Below are positions 1-10,160 of a stretch of 64,000 nucleotides of DNA, in pieces; positions within the stretch are counted from its first letter, which is position 1; each line of letters opens with the position of its first letter. The DNA comes from a virus (lineage: Duplodnaviria; Caudoviricetes). Where the stretch lies: positions 2,602 through 66,601 of the IMG/VR virus record IMGVR_UViG_3300010965_000007. One strand, 5' to 3'. Position numbers and translations under genes: made by a program. The notes beneath the pieces were generated by a model that had not been told where the DNA came from, did no database searches, and saw only the letters and a program-made list of their open reading frames with translations.

Positions 1-306
1 ATATAAAATACTTTCGTCAATAATTGCATTTGCCAAATAATAACGACCACTAGAACCTTCTAATTGTTCGCCATTTGCAATATAAACAAATTCTCCTACT
101 TGATTTACATCTCCCCTTATGCAATTTAAACGAATATGAAAATCATCGGTTTCAATTGTTGTAAATATATCGTATGTTTTTTGAGAATTTTCATTTGGAG
201 GTAATTCTTCGGCATTGAAATCTTTTTCTAATAAATTTGTTCCATACTGGCTATTGTAAGCACTAAGTGCTATTTGAATAATGGATTTTATTTCTGAATT
301 TATCAT
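1..306 (-). CDS. Hypothetical protein, runs off the window edge (MINSEIKSIIQIALSAYNSQYG...)
   Basis: Hand translation gives ATG at 306 and 102 open codons to the window end. It lies just downstream of the 353-400 hairpin. Not in the supplied ORF track. Confidence 0.7.
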   Translation of the reverse strand, partial: MINSEIKSIIQIALSAYNSQYGTNLLEKDFNAEELPPNENSQKTYDIFTTIETDDFHIRLNCIRGDVNQVGEFVYIANGEQLEGSSGRYYLANAIIDESILY

Positions 307-352
307 ATTTTTAAAACCCCGTTTTAAAAAACAAAAAAAAAGTTTAATCTCG

Positions 353-400
353 CAGAGACATTCGACCCCTGACCATATCATTGGGGGTCGAATGTCTCTG
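353..400 (-). terminator. Intrinsic terminator-like hairpin after the gp68-picA-gp70 block
   Basis: 17-bp inverted repeat cagagacattcgacccc / ggggtcgaatgtctctg; a T-run follows a few nt downstream on the minus strand. Confidence 0.7.
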
Positions 401-413
401 TTATGTAGCAATT

Positions 414-1676
414 TTAAATTGACAAATTATTCCATTGCGCATTAAACGGAGGCTGCAAGGATTGATTATAATTTTGTTGATTATATTGTTGTTGAGGGTG
501 TGAATAGTTATTATATTGTTGCTGCGGATTTGGATAATTCATATTTTGATATCCATAAGGAGGAAAAATTGCCGATTGTTGCATTAATTGATTATGTAAT
601 GGATTTGGCATCATTTGCAAATATGGCAAAGATTGTTTTAATGAGTCAAAATCGATTCCTCTAGATGTTTTTCTTAATTCAGGAGGCTGTGTTTGGATTT
701 GTTGCGTTGGCGGATATTGCGGAGTAGGATATGAAAAAGCTGGAGCTTGCAGCGGGGGCGCTATTGGCTGCGGAATTTGATTATGCGCTGGCTCAATTGG
801 GAGAGAGCCTTCATTGCCAGCTTGAAGAGGAATTTTCCTAATTTCTGGCAATAGTGCATCTAAATTTTCAAAATCGGTTAACCAGTCTGATTCAAATGTA
901 ATTGCATTTGGGTCTTCAATGTAAGTAGAAAATAGTTCAACTAACATATTAATTCTACTAGCTATATTAGCTGCGGATTTCATTAGGGCTTCTAAATATG
1001 GAGCAGTATTTGAATTTGATCCGTAGTTATATTGCTCTGGCTCTTGAATAAGAGGAAACATAAATTCAAATAATTCTATAAAAGCTTTTTTATCTTTAAT
1101 TCGTAATTTTGTTGAAATTATTTCTTGCTTTTCAGATTTAAGATCTTTATAGAAAGGCCAAGTTACTATGCCTGCCCTGAAATAGCGTTTTTCATGAACC
1201 TTTCCTCCTTTGTTCAAATAAATGTTAACAAATAGTCTATCTGGATATTTTTTCATTCCATTTATTAATGCATTAATGAAATTCTTTAAAGTCGTTTCGT
1301 CAGCATCTTTAACTGCAATTAATAATTCAGTTTGTTCTGGCTTTAATGATGAATGAAATTCAGCAGAAGCTATCACGTTTATAAGGGTTTGGGCTACAAT
1401 TCCAATTGCAGAATTTAACCTAATATTTATTTGTTTCCTTAATTTCTCTATTATTTCAGATTCTCCTCTCATTATATTTTCGACTAATGGATGGAAAATA
1501 ATTTTTAGTTCGGGTTCTGGCTGCCTTAAATGATTCTGAGTTGGCAGAACCACTCTTTTTCCATTAATTAGCCAAGGTTCCAATTGATCGTATAAGTCTA
1601 TAGAAGCATACCCTTCTTCGTTTGCAGTAACTCCTGCAAATTTTAAAATATGCTCATATAAGGGTATCAAGGACAT
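414..1676 (-). CDS. Conserved chimallivirus core protein (phiKZ gp70-like) with Q/N/P/Y-rich C-terminal tail
   Basis: 420 aa. Lies directly downstream of the PicA-like gene, as in the phiKZ gp68-69-70 order. Low-complexity tail seen directly. Confidence 0.6.
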   Translation of the reverse strand: MSLIPLYEHILKFAGVTANEEGYASIDLYDQLEPWLINGKRVVLPTQNHLRQPEPELKIIFHPLVENIMRGESEIIEKLRKQINIRLNSAIGIVAQTLINVIASAEFHSSLKPEQTELLIAVKDADETTLKNFINALINGMKKYPDRLFVNIYLNKGGKVHEKRYFRAGIVTWPFYKDLKSEKQEIISTKLRIKDKKAFIELFEFMFPLIQEPEQYNYGSNSNTAPYLEALMKSAANIASRINMLVELFSTYIEDPNAITFESDWLTDFENLDALLPEIRKIPLQAGNEGSLPIEPAHNQIPQPIAPPLQAPAFSYPTPQYPPTQQIQTQPPELRKTSRGIDFDSLKQSLPYLQMMPNPLHNQLMQQSAIFPPYGYQNMNYPNPQQQYNNYSHPQQQYNQQNYNQSLQPPFNAQWNNLSI

Positions 1677-1693
1677 GAGGGGCTCCTATTTTT

Positions 1694-3193
1694 TTAGATG
1701 GAATCATCAAACATCTGATTAGATACTAAAGAAGAATTTCCATTAGCATTTAATCCATCGGCGCAGTTTCTAATAATTTGTTCAAAATCAGACGACATTG
1801 AGTTAAAATGATCCATGGAGTTGGTTATTATTGGAACTGACAAATTATCACAAAAACTAGGGGTGACATAATCTACCGCCGGATTATTTCCTAATGTTAT
1901 TTTGATCCATGTTTCTCCAAATAGATCTACACTCATATCTAGTAAATAAGATTCTTGATTTCCGTATGTCAAGTCAAATATAACTTCTTGCTCTAGTCTT
2001 CTTTTAAATAATTCGTAATTTTGAGTTAAATCTGCGTTCGTTAAAGAATTTGCATAAGAAATAACGGTGGACATTTGAACACCGTGAGAATAATTAGTGG
2101 AACGGAATATTATTTTTGAAATTAATAATTCCATCATTAACGCAGGAACTGCGTGGCTAAGAATTGTTGCTACCACAGTTTCAATAGTAGAACCGTTCCA
2201 AAATTCTGTTTGGCCGGCTCTATGCAATTGGGTTTGTTGTGTAACTCCTTGAATAATAAAGTTTGTTACATTGCTTGTGTTGTGGTCTATTGTACAAAGC
2301 TGTGGGTACGTAAAACAATGAGAAATTGCTATTCCATTGGAGTCGGAAATTGCTCTAATGAATGGATTATCATAAGCCGAGTTTTCATACAGATTATTTT
2401 TTGCTAAGGAGTATATGTCTTGATCTGATTGCCCAAAAGGAACCTGTAGAGTGGCTGCAATGTAAGTGTCTAAAACTTTTGCTATATAGTTTGTTCCAAT
2501 ATTATTTGAACGAGTGGATCTAACAGGATCTTGTTTTATGAAATTTCTGGTGTCTAAGAAAGCTCCTGGAGAAGTATGATCAATTGCCGCCCCATAGTGT
2601 TGGCTTTGAATTCCCACAATTAAGTCGTGTGGTCTTAAAGATAGTTTTCCTTGGCGTTGTGCTATATTAGAATTCCAATCGTGATCTGACAAGAGTTGGA
2701 CTGAATCTACAACCCTGTCTTGTGTTATTGTTCCAACGGGAGTTACTTGTGTTAATTGAGTAATGGTTGTAATTGAATTTATGAAAAAATTCATTCTAGG
2801 ATCAATTGCATTAGACGATGTTATTCCATCATAGTCTGTATAGCCTTGTATATAGTAAGTCAATGAAGACCCAGTGCTAAATAAAGAATCTACAATTAAT
2901 ACAAACCTGATACGAGGGTTTTCCCATCCATTAGGAATAATTACTGGGCCCTCTGGAGTAGCGGCCGGAGATATTACGTTCACCGCAGCTCCTGCTAACA
3001 ACGATCCGTTTATTCTATCTCCATTATTATTTTGCACTCTGTCCACCAAAGCAGACATTGAATGGCCGTCGTAGTGTGTTTGATACGGCCGAGAAAAAAG
3101 TGTATTGAATGTTCCTGTTTGTTGCATTAATAACTTTCTGACAGTTAGCCGAGTAAGCTGTCTAGGAATTTCTACAGAAGGCATATTGAGCAC
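1694..3193 (-). CDS. picA: Phage-nucleus protein importer PicA/Imp1 (phiKZ gp69-like)
   Basis: 499 aa, located between the gp68-like and gp70-like genes. The PNGWENPRIRFVL...YIQGYTDY segment resembles this family from memory. Confidence 0.7.
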   Translation of the reverse strand: MLNMPSVEIPRQLTRLTVRKLLMQQTGTFNTLFSRPYQTHYDGHSMSALVDRVQNNNGDRINGSLLAGAAVNVISPAATPEGPVIIPNGWENPRIRFVLIVDSLFSTGSSLTYYIQGYTDYDGITSSNAIDPRMNFFINSITTITQLTQVTPVGTITQDRVVDSVQLLSDHDWNSNIAQRQGKLSLRPHDLIVGIQSQHYGAAIDHTSPGAFLDTRNFIKQDPVRSTRSNNIGTNYIAKVLDTYIAATLQVPFGQSDQDIYSLAKNNLYENSAYDNPFIRAISDSNGIAISHCFTYPQLCTIDHNTSNVTNFIIQGVTQQTQLHRAGQTEFWNGSTIETVVATILSHAVPALMMELLISKIIFRSTNYSHGVQMSTVISYANSLTNADLTQNYELFKRRLEQEVIFDLTYGNQESYLLDMSVDLFGETWIKITLGNNPAVDYVTPSFCDNLSVPIITNSMDHFNSMSSDFEQIIRNCADGLNANGNSSLVSNQMFDDSI

Positions 3194-3207
3194 CGTATTG
3201 GCTTAGG

Positions 3208-4821
3208 TTAAGACCAGGTTCTAGATCCAATTTCAATAATTAGCTTTGCTATATGTGTTTTTAAATCTCTTACAGTCGGCAGCCTTCTATTGATTGCTGA
3301 ATTAAATACATTTATTAAAAAATCATCATCAGCAGTTGCGACCCACGCACATAACGATAGTTTGTTGGATAGGTTGTCCACAGCCAACATAGCTGGATTT
3401 ACAAAAGCCGCCGTTTGTCTTTTTACAGAATGGTCAACTAAACTTAATTCATTTTGTAAACGATTTTGTTTTTTTATGGACAAAGATTTTGCATAAGGGT
3501 ACAATTCATTTAAAGCGTTTACCATTTCTTTTGGCAATTTGGTTCTAGTATCCATTGTTACCAGACATTCTTCTTCGTCTTGTAAACCAGTGTCGTTATA
3601 ACTAGTAGCCATAATGGATAATAAATGGTGGCCTCGAGCCCACAACACGGCTTGTGTAGCCGCCAGCACATTAATTATTTGTTTTTTTTGCAAATAAGCT
3701 AAGCCCTTAGGTGAGACAATAGGACTAAATACCCATTGGGCTAATATCATTTGAGGGTCTATTATGATTTTATCTTGCAATTGTTCCGAAGTTGCTAAAG
3801 CTCTTTCTAATAATGAATCTGACATTCTGCTAGATAAACGAAATGCGCACTTTTTTACATCTGAAACAACGTGTTCTATTTCAGATATTTCGCCTATTGC
3901 GATTGTGTATTTCCCTTTAAAAGCTTCTAATACAGAAAGCTTTGAATTAGGATCATTTTCATCTACATTTTTTTTAACTTTGAATTTAATAGTTGTATCA
4001 AGATTAGCGCTAGTTTTTAATGTTTTTTGCTTTATTAATTGAAACATATAAGCTACTAAATGTGATTTCGATTCAACGCCTCTAATATCTCCTACGCACA
4101 ATCCTTTTACAGCTACTGCTGCTAGCAGCCATACTGGGAAATCTTCACTAGAAATTCCTCTAATTATCATAAATGAATTTGGTTCTATTCTTTCCAAATA
4201 TTTATCAATATACAAACGCAACTTTATGAATGCGTCTGTTTCTAATAAGGGAGAATAACTTATTAACTGAAGAGCGTAGTATTCCTTAAATTCAGTTCCT
4301 AATTCTTTTCTATATCTTGTAATATATTCGCCCCACACTGGAATAAGGGTTCTTAATATTAAAGCAAGCGTTATTAATTTTTGATAATCGGATCTAAGAT
4401 ATGTTTGCTCTCTTGTCCAATCTCTATCAATGTCTTCTACATATTCTTTTTCAAATGCAGGAGGTATTTGTATCGTAGACTTAAACAATATCCAACGATG
4501 AACTTCTTGAAATTCATGAGCCTCTAATAGCTTTAAAACATATTTACTTAAAACTCCTTTTAATGTAGAATTATCCCAATTAGAATTAAAAGTTTCTAAA
4601 ATACTTTCGTATAAATTAAAGATGTCTTGTTGTTTTTCTGGAGTTAATTGCGCCCAATACTCATTAAGTTCTTTGAACATTGGGAAATCACTAAATGTTG
4701 GTCTTCCAAAACAAGAAATGATAAACCTAAGTTCTTTTGTATTATTACTGATGTCGGTATGAGTTATTTTCACTTCCGGTATTGAAGTGGGAGTGTGAAT
4801 ATTAATAACTTCTGCTTTCAT
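3208..4821 (-). CDS. Non-virion RNA polymerase specificity (sigma-like) subunit, phiKZ gp68-like
   Basis: 537 aa; motif TREQTYLRSDYQKLITLALILRTLIPVWGEYI; synteny upstream of picA. Confidence 0.75.
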   Translation of the reverse strand: MKAEVINIHTPTSIPEVKITHTDISNNTKELRFIISCFGRPTFSDFPMFKELNEYWAQLTPEKQQDIFNLYESILETFNSNWDNSTLKGVLSKYVLKLLEAHEFQEVHRWILFKSTIQIPPAFEKEYVEDIDRDWTREQTYLRSDYQKLITLALILRTLIPVWGEYITRYRKELGTEFKEYYALQLISYSPLLETDAFIKLRLYIDKYLERIEPNSFMIIRGISSEDFPVWLLAAVAVKGLCVGDIRGVESKSHLVAYMFQLIKQKTLKTSANLDTTIKFKVKKNVDENDPNSKLSVLEAFKGKYTIAIGEISEIEHVVSDVKKCAFRLSSRMSDSLLERALATSEQLQDKIIIDPQMILAQWVFSPIVSPKGLAYLQKKQIINVLAATQAVLWARGHHLLSIMATSYNDTGLQDEEECLVTMDTRTKLPKEMVNALNELYPYAKSLSIKKQNRLQNELSLVDHSVKRQTAAFVNPAMLAVDNLSNKLSLCAWVATADDDFLINVFNSAINRRLPTVRDLKTHIAKLIIEIGSRTWS

Positions 4822-4840
4822 GGGGCTTTTCCTTAATTAT

Positions 4841-5155
4841 TCATTGAGTGTTTTTATATTGTTTTAAATAATTTGAAACAGAGGCTTGGCTAATAATTAA
4901 TAAGCTTGCTATTTTTATTTGAGACCATTTGTGATCGCGCAATTTGAAAACGGTTTCTATTTTTTTATTTTTATCTAAAGAAGAAAAATCAAATGGCGTT
5001 ATATTTTTGGTTGTTTGGTTATACTTATAGCGTCTATAGTCCACTTGGTTTTTGTTTTTTATCTCTATTAGGCACACATCTTCAGCCACTGAGATTGTAA
5101 TGTCATCAGGAAGATTTGGATATAGCAACCCACTTAAAGCTTCAAGAAGTGTCAT
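4841..5155 (-). CDS. Small helix-turn-helix DNA-binding protein
   Basis: C-terminal WSQIKIASLLIISQASVSNYLK HTH pattern; has its own promoter-like motif at about 5181. Confidence 0.6.
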   Translation of the reverse strand: MTLLEALSGLLYPNLPDDITISVAEDVCLIEIKNKNQVDYRRYKYNQTTKNITPFDFSSLDKNKKIETVFKLRDHKWSQIKIASLLIISQASVSNYLKQYKNTQ

Positions 5156-5250
5156 TTATTTTTCTCTCCATTAAAATAAGTATATGTGTTCTTTTCTTTA
5201 TTTGTTAACTAACAGTTGCCGCTAATACAGCAACTGTTAGAAACCTGTCA

Positions 5251-5955
5251 TTAAAATACGTCGTCAAATACAGTCTTGTCAATTGGTTTATTTACATCTG
5301 AAGTTGGTTCTGACGACCAATCGGTTACGTTTGCATTTGTTTCAGATTCTTGTTTAAATGCTTGTCCTTTTCCTAAAAATCCTTCGGCTAAGGCTACTGA
5401 ATAGGCAATTCTTAATGCTTGTATTGTAGCAATTGCTGCTATTTGAGATCCTTCCGACGGAGTGGCAGTTGAACCGTCGGCTTTGATAATTTCATGCCAA
5501 TCCGACACTTGAAATACAAATTTAATTTTTGGTCTATTTGGAGCAATTAAAGATATCCATACCAAACCTTCTGAGTCTTTTCCAAACCAAATTTCACTCA
5601 ATAGTATTTTTTGTTTTGTTTGCACTCCGTTTTCCCATCTCAGCGTAGAGCAGCTTATTTTGTGTTTGATTTCCTCTAAACTCATTGCTGATTTTTCCAA
5701 TAAATTAAGCAACGCTAATAGAGTAACGTTGTCCATAGGCGCCGGTATAACTCCATTAATAATTCCAATTCCTATATCGGCAGGGTCATTTGTAAACACC
5801 GTTAGTCGCGGGTTTCCGTTACGAATGCCCCAAGACAATTTTGCACGACGGCCTTCTGCCGTAGGAGACGGAGTCCACATTACCAGATGAGGATTTTCAA
5901 AAATTTTGATTTTTCCAGTGGGAGCGACAGGAGCATTAAAGGTTGCTTCGGACAT
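5251..5955 (-). CDS. Probable ChmC-like nucleus-associated nucleic-acid-binding protein
   Basis: 234 aa with a beta-rich core and disordered ends (acidic tail ...TVFDDVF). Sits just upstream of the gp68-like/picA block, where chmC lies in PhiPA3-like genomes. Inference from synteny. Confidence 0.5.
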   Translation of the reverse strand: MSEATFNAPVAPTGKIKIFENPHLVMWTPSPTAEGRRAKLSWGIRNGNPRLTVFTNDPADIGIGIINGVIPAPMDNVTLLALLNLLEKSAMSLEEIKHKISCSTLRWENGVQTKQKILLSEIWFGKDSEGLVWISLIAPNRPKIKFVFQVSDWHEIIKADGSTATPSEGSQIAAIATIQALRIAYSVALAEGFLGKGQAFKQESETNANVTDWSSEPTSDVNKPIDKTVFDDVF

Positions 5956-6095
5956 TTACTTTTACCTTAGGTTAATGGAAATAAACTGCCTAGATAGTAT
6001 TCTATTAGTGTAGTCTTTAAATAAAATTAACTATCCATGTTATTAACATAGCTAATATTTTTTATTATTTTTTACAAAAATAATCAATTAATGGT

Positions 6096-6395
6096 TCAAA
6101 TTTTTTTACTTTTTTTATTTTTCCATTTTAGAATCGCATCATCTACATTTTGTTTTTGATTGGGAGTATGGTGCATTTTAGGCAATGGGCAAAGATCTTT
6201 ACGCATTACTTCTACTGCCAGTCTTACAAATCCTCCTTTGCACATTAATTCATCGGAGTCTGGGATTGAGTCTATTGAATCGTATTTTTTTAATAAGTCT
6301 AATAATCCATTTTCAATAGCCTTCTGAAAAATATCATCATCTATTCTATTTGCACAACCTACATTACGCATCTCAATAATTTCTTGTAAAGTCAT
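6096..6395 (-). CDS. Hypothetical protein
   Basis: 99-aa ORF starting 2 nt after the stop of the upstream gene; no motif recognised. Confidence 0.6.
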   Translation of the reverse strand: MTLQEIIEMRNVGCANRIDDDIFQKAIENGLLDLLKKYDSIDSIPDSDELMCKGGFVRLAVEVMRKDLCPLPKMHHTPNQKQNVDDAILKWKNKKSKKI

Positions 6396-6396
6396 T

Positions 6397-6900
6397 TTAG
6401 CTACCTATTTCGTCATTTTTTAAGGAAGGATAAAACCCACGTAAATTTCTATTTCTGAATAATGTTCCTTGACTGTAAAATTTATCTATTGTAAATATAG
6501 GATAATGATAAATAACTTGATTGTCTTTTAATATTTTACAAAGAATTTCTAATAAAGCCGGATGGCTATCTATTAAAACATGAGCAATAAATGCTTCAGA
6601 AATTGCACTTAATAAAACCTCATCTGTAGCATCTGCTATTGGTAGATCTCTATCTACGCCTGTTCTCCATTCTTTTTCCATAAAAAGTCTTATTAATTTA
6701 AGTTTCCATGGCATAACAAATTCTTTAAATATTAAAAACGCTTTTTTAGTTAAATAAGATTCTGAATCTTTTCTTAATAACAAAACTTCGTCTACGCTAA
6801 TTAATTTTTCAAGTAATTTTAAATTTTCAACATTTACTATGTCTGTATTAAGTAAACTGCCATTTATTATATTTTTTGTAAGATTTAATATAACTGCCAT
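6397..6900 (-). CDS. Paralog family A member 5 (ILNLT family), most diverged
   Basis: Likely start MAVILNLTK at 6900 (the track begins at 6924). Shares ILNLT...EFVMPW...HVLI...GF+P pattern with four neighbours. Confidence 0.75.
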   Translation of the reverse strand: MAVILNLTKNIINGSLLNTDIVNVENLKLLEKLISVDEVLLLRKDSESYLTKKAFLIFKEFVMPWKLKLIRLFMEKEWRTGVDRDLPIADATDEVLLSAISEAFIAHVLIDSHPALLEILCKILKDNQVIYHYPIFTIDKFYSQGTLFRNRNLRGFYPSLKNDEIGS

Positions 6901-7013
6901 TTTGTCTTCTCGTTTAGTAAACACTAAGTTATTATAAGTATATGTGGCTATAAAAAAGTAATAAAAAAATAACTTTATTTACGCTGCTTTAACAGCGTAA
7001 ATAAAAAATCACA

Positions 7014-7511
7014 TTATTCTAAAGGAGGCCAGTACCCACAGAATACAATTTCCTCGCTTTCAAATATAACTGCATCAGGTATTATAATGTCTTTTTTAAT
7101 AACCTTTATTAATTTATCATGGCAGATTATTCCATTAGGATATAATGTCTGCCTAAGCACATTTAAAAGAGACTGTTGGCACCCCACTAGCACATGTATT
7201 TCTGCTCTTTTTGAAAATGAATTAGCAAATTCTCCGGCTAAAAGACAGTACATTCTGCTTTTATCTATATTATGTTTTTGAGCTTCTTCCGTTAAAACTT
7301 CATTTATTACAAGGTCCCTCCATGGAAATACAAATTCTCTCATAATAGCCAATGCTTTTTCTTCTAAATATTGTTTTCCAATTTTTAATAGGATATCGGG
7401 GTCAACATCTAACAGATCGTATAACCTATTTACATCGTTTACTTCTATTAGACCATTTGCATATTGAGTGTCTGTTCCAATACTGTTTGTGAGATTTAAA
7501 ATTTTAGGCAC
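7014..7511 (-). CDS. Paralog family A member 4
   Basis: MPKILNLT...EFVFPW...HVLVG...FCGYWPP; GTG start after a GGAGA RBS. Confidence 0.8.
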   Translation of the reverse strand: MPKILNLTNSIGTDTQYANGLIEVNDVNRLYDLLDVDPDILLKIGKQYLEEKALAIMREFVFPWRDLVINEVLTEEAQKHNIDKSRMYCLLAGEFANSFSKRAEIHVLVGCQQSLLNVLRQTLYPNGIICHDKLIKVIKKDIIIPDAVIFESEEIVFCGYWPPLE

Positions 7512-7630
7512 GTTGCTCTCCAGTCAAATTAAGACACTATTACTATTATAGTAAGTTTATGTCATAATAAGTATATATAGCTATAAAAAAATTAGCTTAT
7601 TCACGCCGCTAATGCGGCGTGAATGCAAGC

Positions 7631-8134
7631 TCAGATCTTTTCTAGAGGAGGCCAGTAACCGCAGAATATGACATCCTCTTCTACTTTGACATCCCCGTTT
7701 GGCTCAAAGTAGTTGCTTTCCCCCGTTGTAGTAAGAGCATAATGGCATACAATGTCGTGGGATTCAAAAATGCGTTTTAAAACAGGAGTAAGTATTTCAT
7801 CCCCCCCGATCATAACATGCATTTTTGTCACTTCATTAAAGGCACCAAGCATTTCGACAAGTGGCAGATGGCAACGCCCCTTTCCATCCAGATACCCCTG
7901 CATATATTCCTCTTCAAGAAATTTCTTTATGTGGGCGGCTCTCCATGGAAATACAAATTCAATTAAAATGTTATTTGCTTTTTCTACCAAGTAGCCTTCT
8001 CCTAAAGCCATTAAATCGTAAACGCTTACATCGAGCAGTTCTTTCAGCAATGCTTTGTTTTTTACATTAACCAGACCATTAAGTCTTTGGTTGTCTGTCC
8101 CATTGCCATTTGTAATGTTTAGAATTTCAATCAC
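7631..8134 (-). CDS. Paralog family A member 3
   Basis: MIEILNIT...EFVFPW...HVMIGG...FCGYWPP. Confidence 0.8.
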   Translation of the reverse strand: MIEILNITNGNGTDNQRLNGLVNVKNKALLKELLDVSVYDLMALGEGYLVEKANNILIEFVFPWRAAHIKKFLEEEYMQGYLDGKGRCHLPLVEMLGAFNEVTKMHVMIGGDEILTPVLKRIFESHDIVCHYALTTTGESNYFEPNGDVKVEEDVIFCGYWPPLEKI

Positions 8135-8281
8135 GTTGCTCTCCGGTTTGGTTAAGGCATTTTTACTTAATTAGTAAAGTTATACCATATTTGATATGTG
8201 TGATTATTTTTAATTAAAAAAATTACTTATTTTTTTGCTCAATGCGCTATTTAAGTGGCGCATTGAGCAAAAAGTCAGTAA

Positions 8282-8830
8282 TTAAAACACCGGAGGATAA
8301 AAACCAATGTGTTTATAAGCAGTTTCAACGGCAGAGCTTTTATCGTCTCTCGTTGTTGAAACAAGTAACTTTCTCATCAAAGCCGTGTGCCAAATTATTC
8401 CATGGTTACTGTAACTTTCCTTTAAAACATCCATCAGATTTGGTTCTCCGCCAATCATAATGTGAACATTTAGCATTCTTCTACGAATTTGGATCGCATC
8501 GTCGTTTCTAAAAACTTGCGCTGATAAAGGATACTCGGCCGACCATTTTTCCAAAAATCTTTTAGTGTTTTCAGCTATCCAAGGAGCAATAAACACGGTG
8601 AATATTTGGTAGGCTTTTTGTTCGAGATAATCTTTTTCCATGTCTAAAAGAACATCAACATCAATATAAAGACACTCCCTTAATCTAGGAATATCGTACG
8701 CGTCCACAACACCAGCTTCAATTTGCTCCTTTGTGGAATCAAAACCTGTCAGATTCAGGATTTCGATTTTGTAGTCTTTAAAAAAATCATTCATGGTAAT
8801 CTCCAGTAAATCGTTAGACATTTTTGCCAC
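8282..8830 (-). CDS. Paralog family A member 2
   Basis: IEILNLTG...EQIEAGVVD...FIAPW...HIMIGG...HIGFYPP. Confidence 0.8.
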   Translation of the reverse strand: MAKMSNDLLEITMNDFFKDYKIEILNLTGFDSTKEQIEAGVVDAYDIPRLRECLYIDVDVLLDMEKDYLEQKAYQIFTVFIAPWIAENTKRFLEKWSAEYPLSAQVFRNDDAIQIRRRMLNVHIMIGGEPNLMDVLKESYSNHGIIWHTALMRKLLVSTTRDDKSSAVETAYKHIGFYPPVF

Positions 8831-8931
8831 ATCAGCAAAGTTATGTCATATTTAGTATATGTGATTATAAAAAAATAAAAAAAATCTTTACATTTGCGCG
8901 CCACCTAAGTGGCGCGCAAATGGCATTACAG

Positions 8932-9432
8932 CTATGTATTTATGGCTGGATAAAAAGAAGCGTATCCTTCAACTGGGTCTTTGTATTTCTTTTCTCCGGA
9001 TGATTCTTCAATGACACTTAACATTCCCATATAGTAGTGGTATGTAATTCCGTTTGAATTGAGTTTTGATTTTAAGACATCCATTAGAGGCCCTCTTCCA
9101 TCGATTAATACATGGGCCCTAATTGCTTCCGATAATTTTTCTCTTGATTCAATTTTGATGTAACCAATGCTTCTGTGAAATTTATTTTTAGATTCTAAGT
9201 CTAATCTTTCTTCCAAAGTAGTTCTGACATTGCTATCTCTCCATGGCAGAACAAACTCAGACATTATTCTATTTGCTCTTATAATTAAATAATTTTCTCC
9301 TTTTTCTTCTAGAGTTCTGGTATCTAATGTTAATATTCTTCTTAAACTTTCTACATCGCTTACATCCACCACGCCTGCTATTATCTGATACTCTGTGGCG
9401 GCACTTTGAGTAAGATTCAGTATTTTTTGCAT
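8932..9432 (-). CDS. Paralog family A member 1
   Basis: MQKILNLTQSAATEYQIIAGVVD...EFVLPW...HVLIDG...SFYP. Confidence 0.8.
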   Translation of the reverse strand: MQKILNLTQSAATEYQIIAGVVDVSDVESLRRILTLDTRTLEEKGENYLIIRANRIMSEFVLPWRDSNVRTTLEERLDLESKNKFHRSIGYIKIESREKLSEAIRAHVLIDGRGPLMDVLKSKLNSNGITYHYYMGMLSVIEESSGEKKYKDPVEGYASFYPAINT

Positions 9433-9528
9433 GTTAGTCTCCAGTTAGCTTAAACATTTTCATCGGCTTGATGAAATTATGTCATATTCAATATATGTAA
9501 TTAAAATTTTATTCAGTTTAAATTTATG

Positions 9529-10152
9529 TTAAATTTCTTTTGCCGCCAGAACTTCATCAAAATGCCTAGAAAGCAAAATTAATTCTCCAATCTCAAAAAC
9601 GATTTCATGTTGTTCTGTAGATGTTTGCAAAACAAACTTACGTTGATCTCCTTCTAAGAAGCTACCAACTATATCGCAACTGCATATAGGCAGAATTTCT
9701 CGTAAATATACAATTATTGGATATATTAATGTAGAATCGCTATCTTCGCTATCAAATTTAAGTGAATTGAAAAAGTTCTTAGCTGTATCTTGGCTACAGT
9801 AAGACGGTATTAAAGTTTCTACGGGCTTTGAAAAAGCGTTAATTGTAAAAAATGTTAGATTTTTTGAATTTTCTATAATCGCACTTCGTTTAAATATAAA
9901 TTCAAGTTTATATGAAAATTTAAAAGTTTCTTCTGATAATGAAAAATCAACTTTTACATCAATACAAGAACGCCAAGAAGAATGCATTGAGCATACGGCG
10001 TCTATAGTTTCATAAATAGCAGGTTGCGATTTTATTATAAGTTTAATGCCCTTGTTAAAAAATCTTTTTAGTGTTTCTAATATTTCTAAAATTCTGCTAG
10101 CTTCTCCTTCGATTTCGTTAGCAAAAATTCTTTCTTCAAACCTTTTATGCAT
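9529..10152 (-). CDS. Hypothetical protein, paralog of 34360-34947
   Basis: Shares C-terminal RKFVLQT..HEI with RKFILRT..HEI of the 34-kb gene; similar length. Confidence 0.65.
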   Translation of the reverse strand: MHKRFEERIFANEIEGEASRILEILETLKRFFNKGIKLIIKSQPAIYETIDAVCSMHSSWRSCIDVKVDFSLSEETFKFSYKLEFIFKRSAIIENSKNLTFFTINAFSKPVETLIPSYCSQDTAKNFFNSLKFDSEDSDSTLIYPIIVYLREILPICSCDIVGSFLEGDQRKFVLQTSTEQHEIVFEIGELILLSRHFDEVLAAKEI

Positions 10153-10160
10153 TTTATTTC

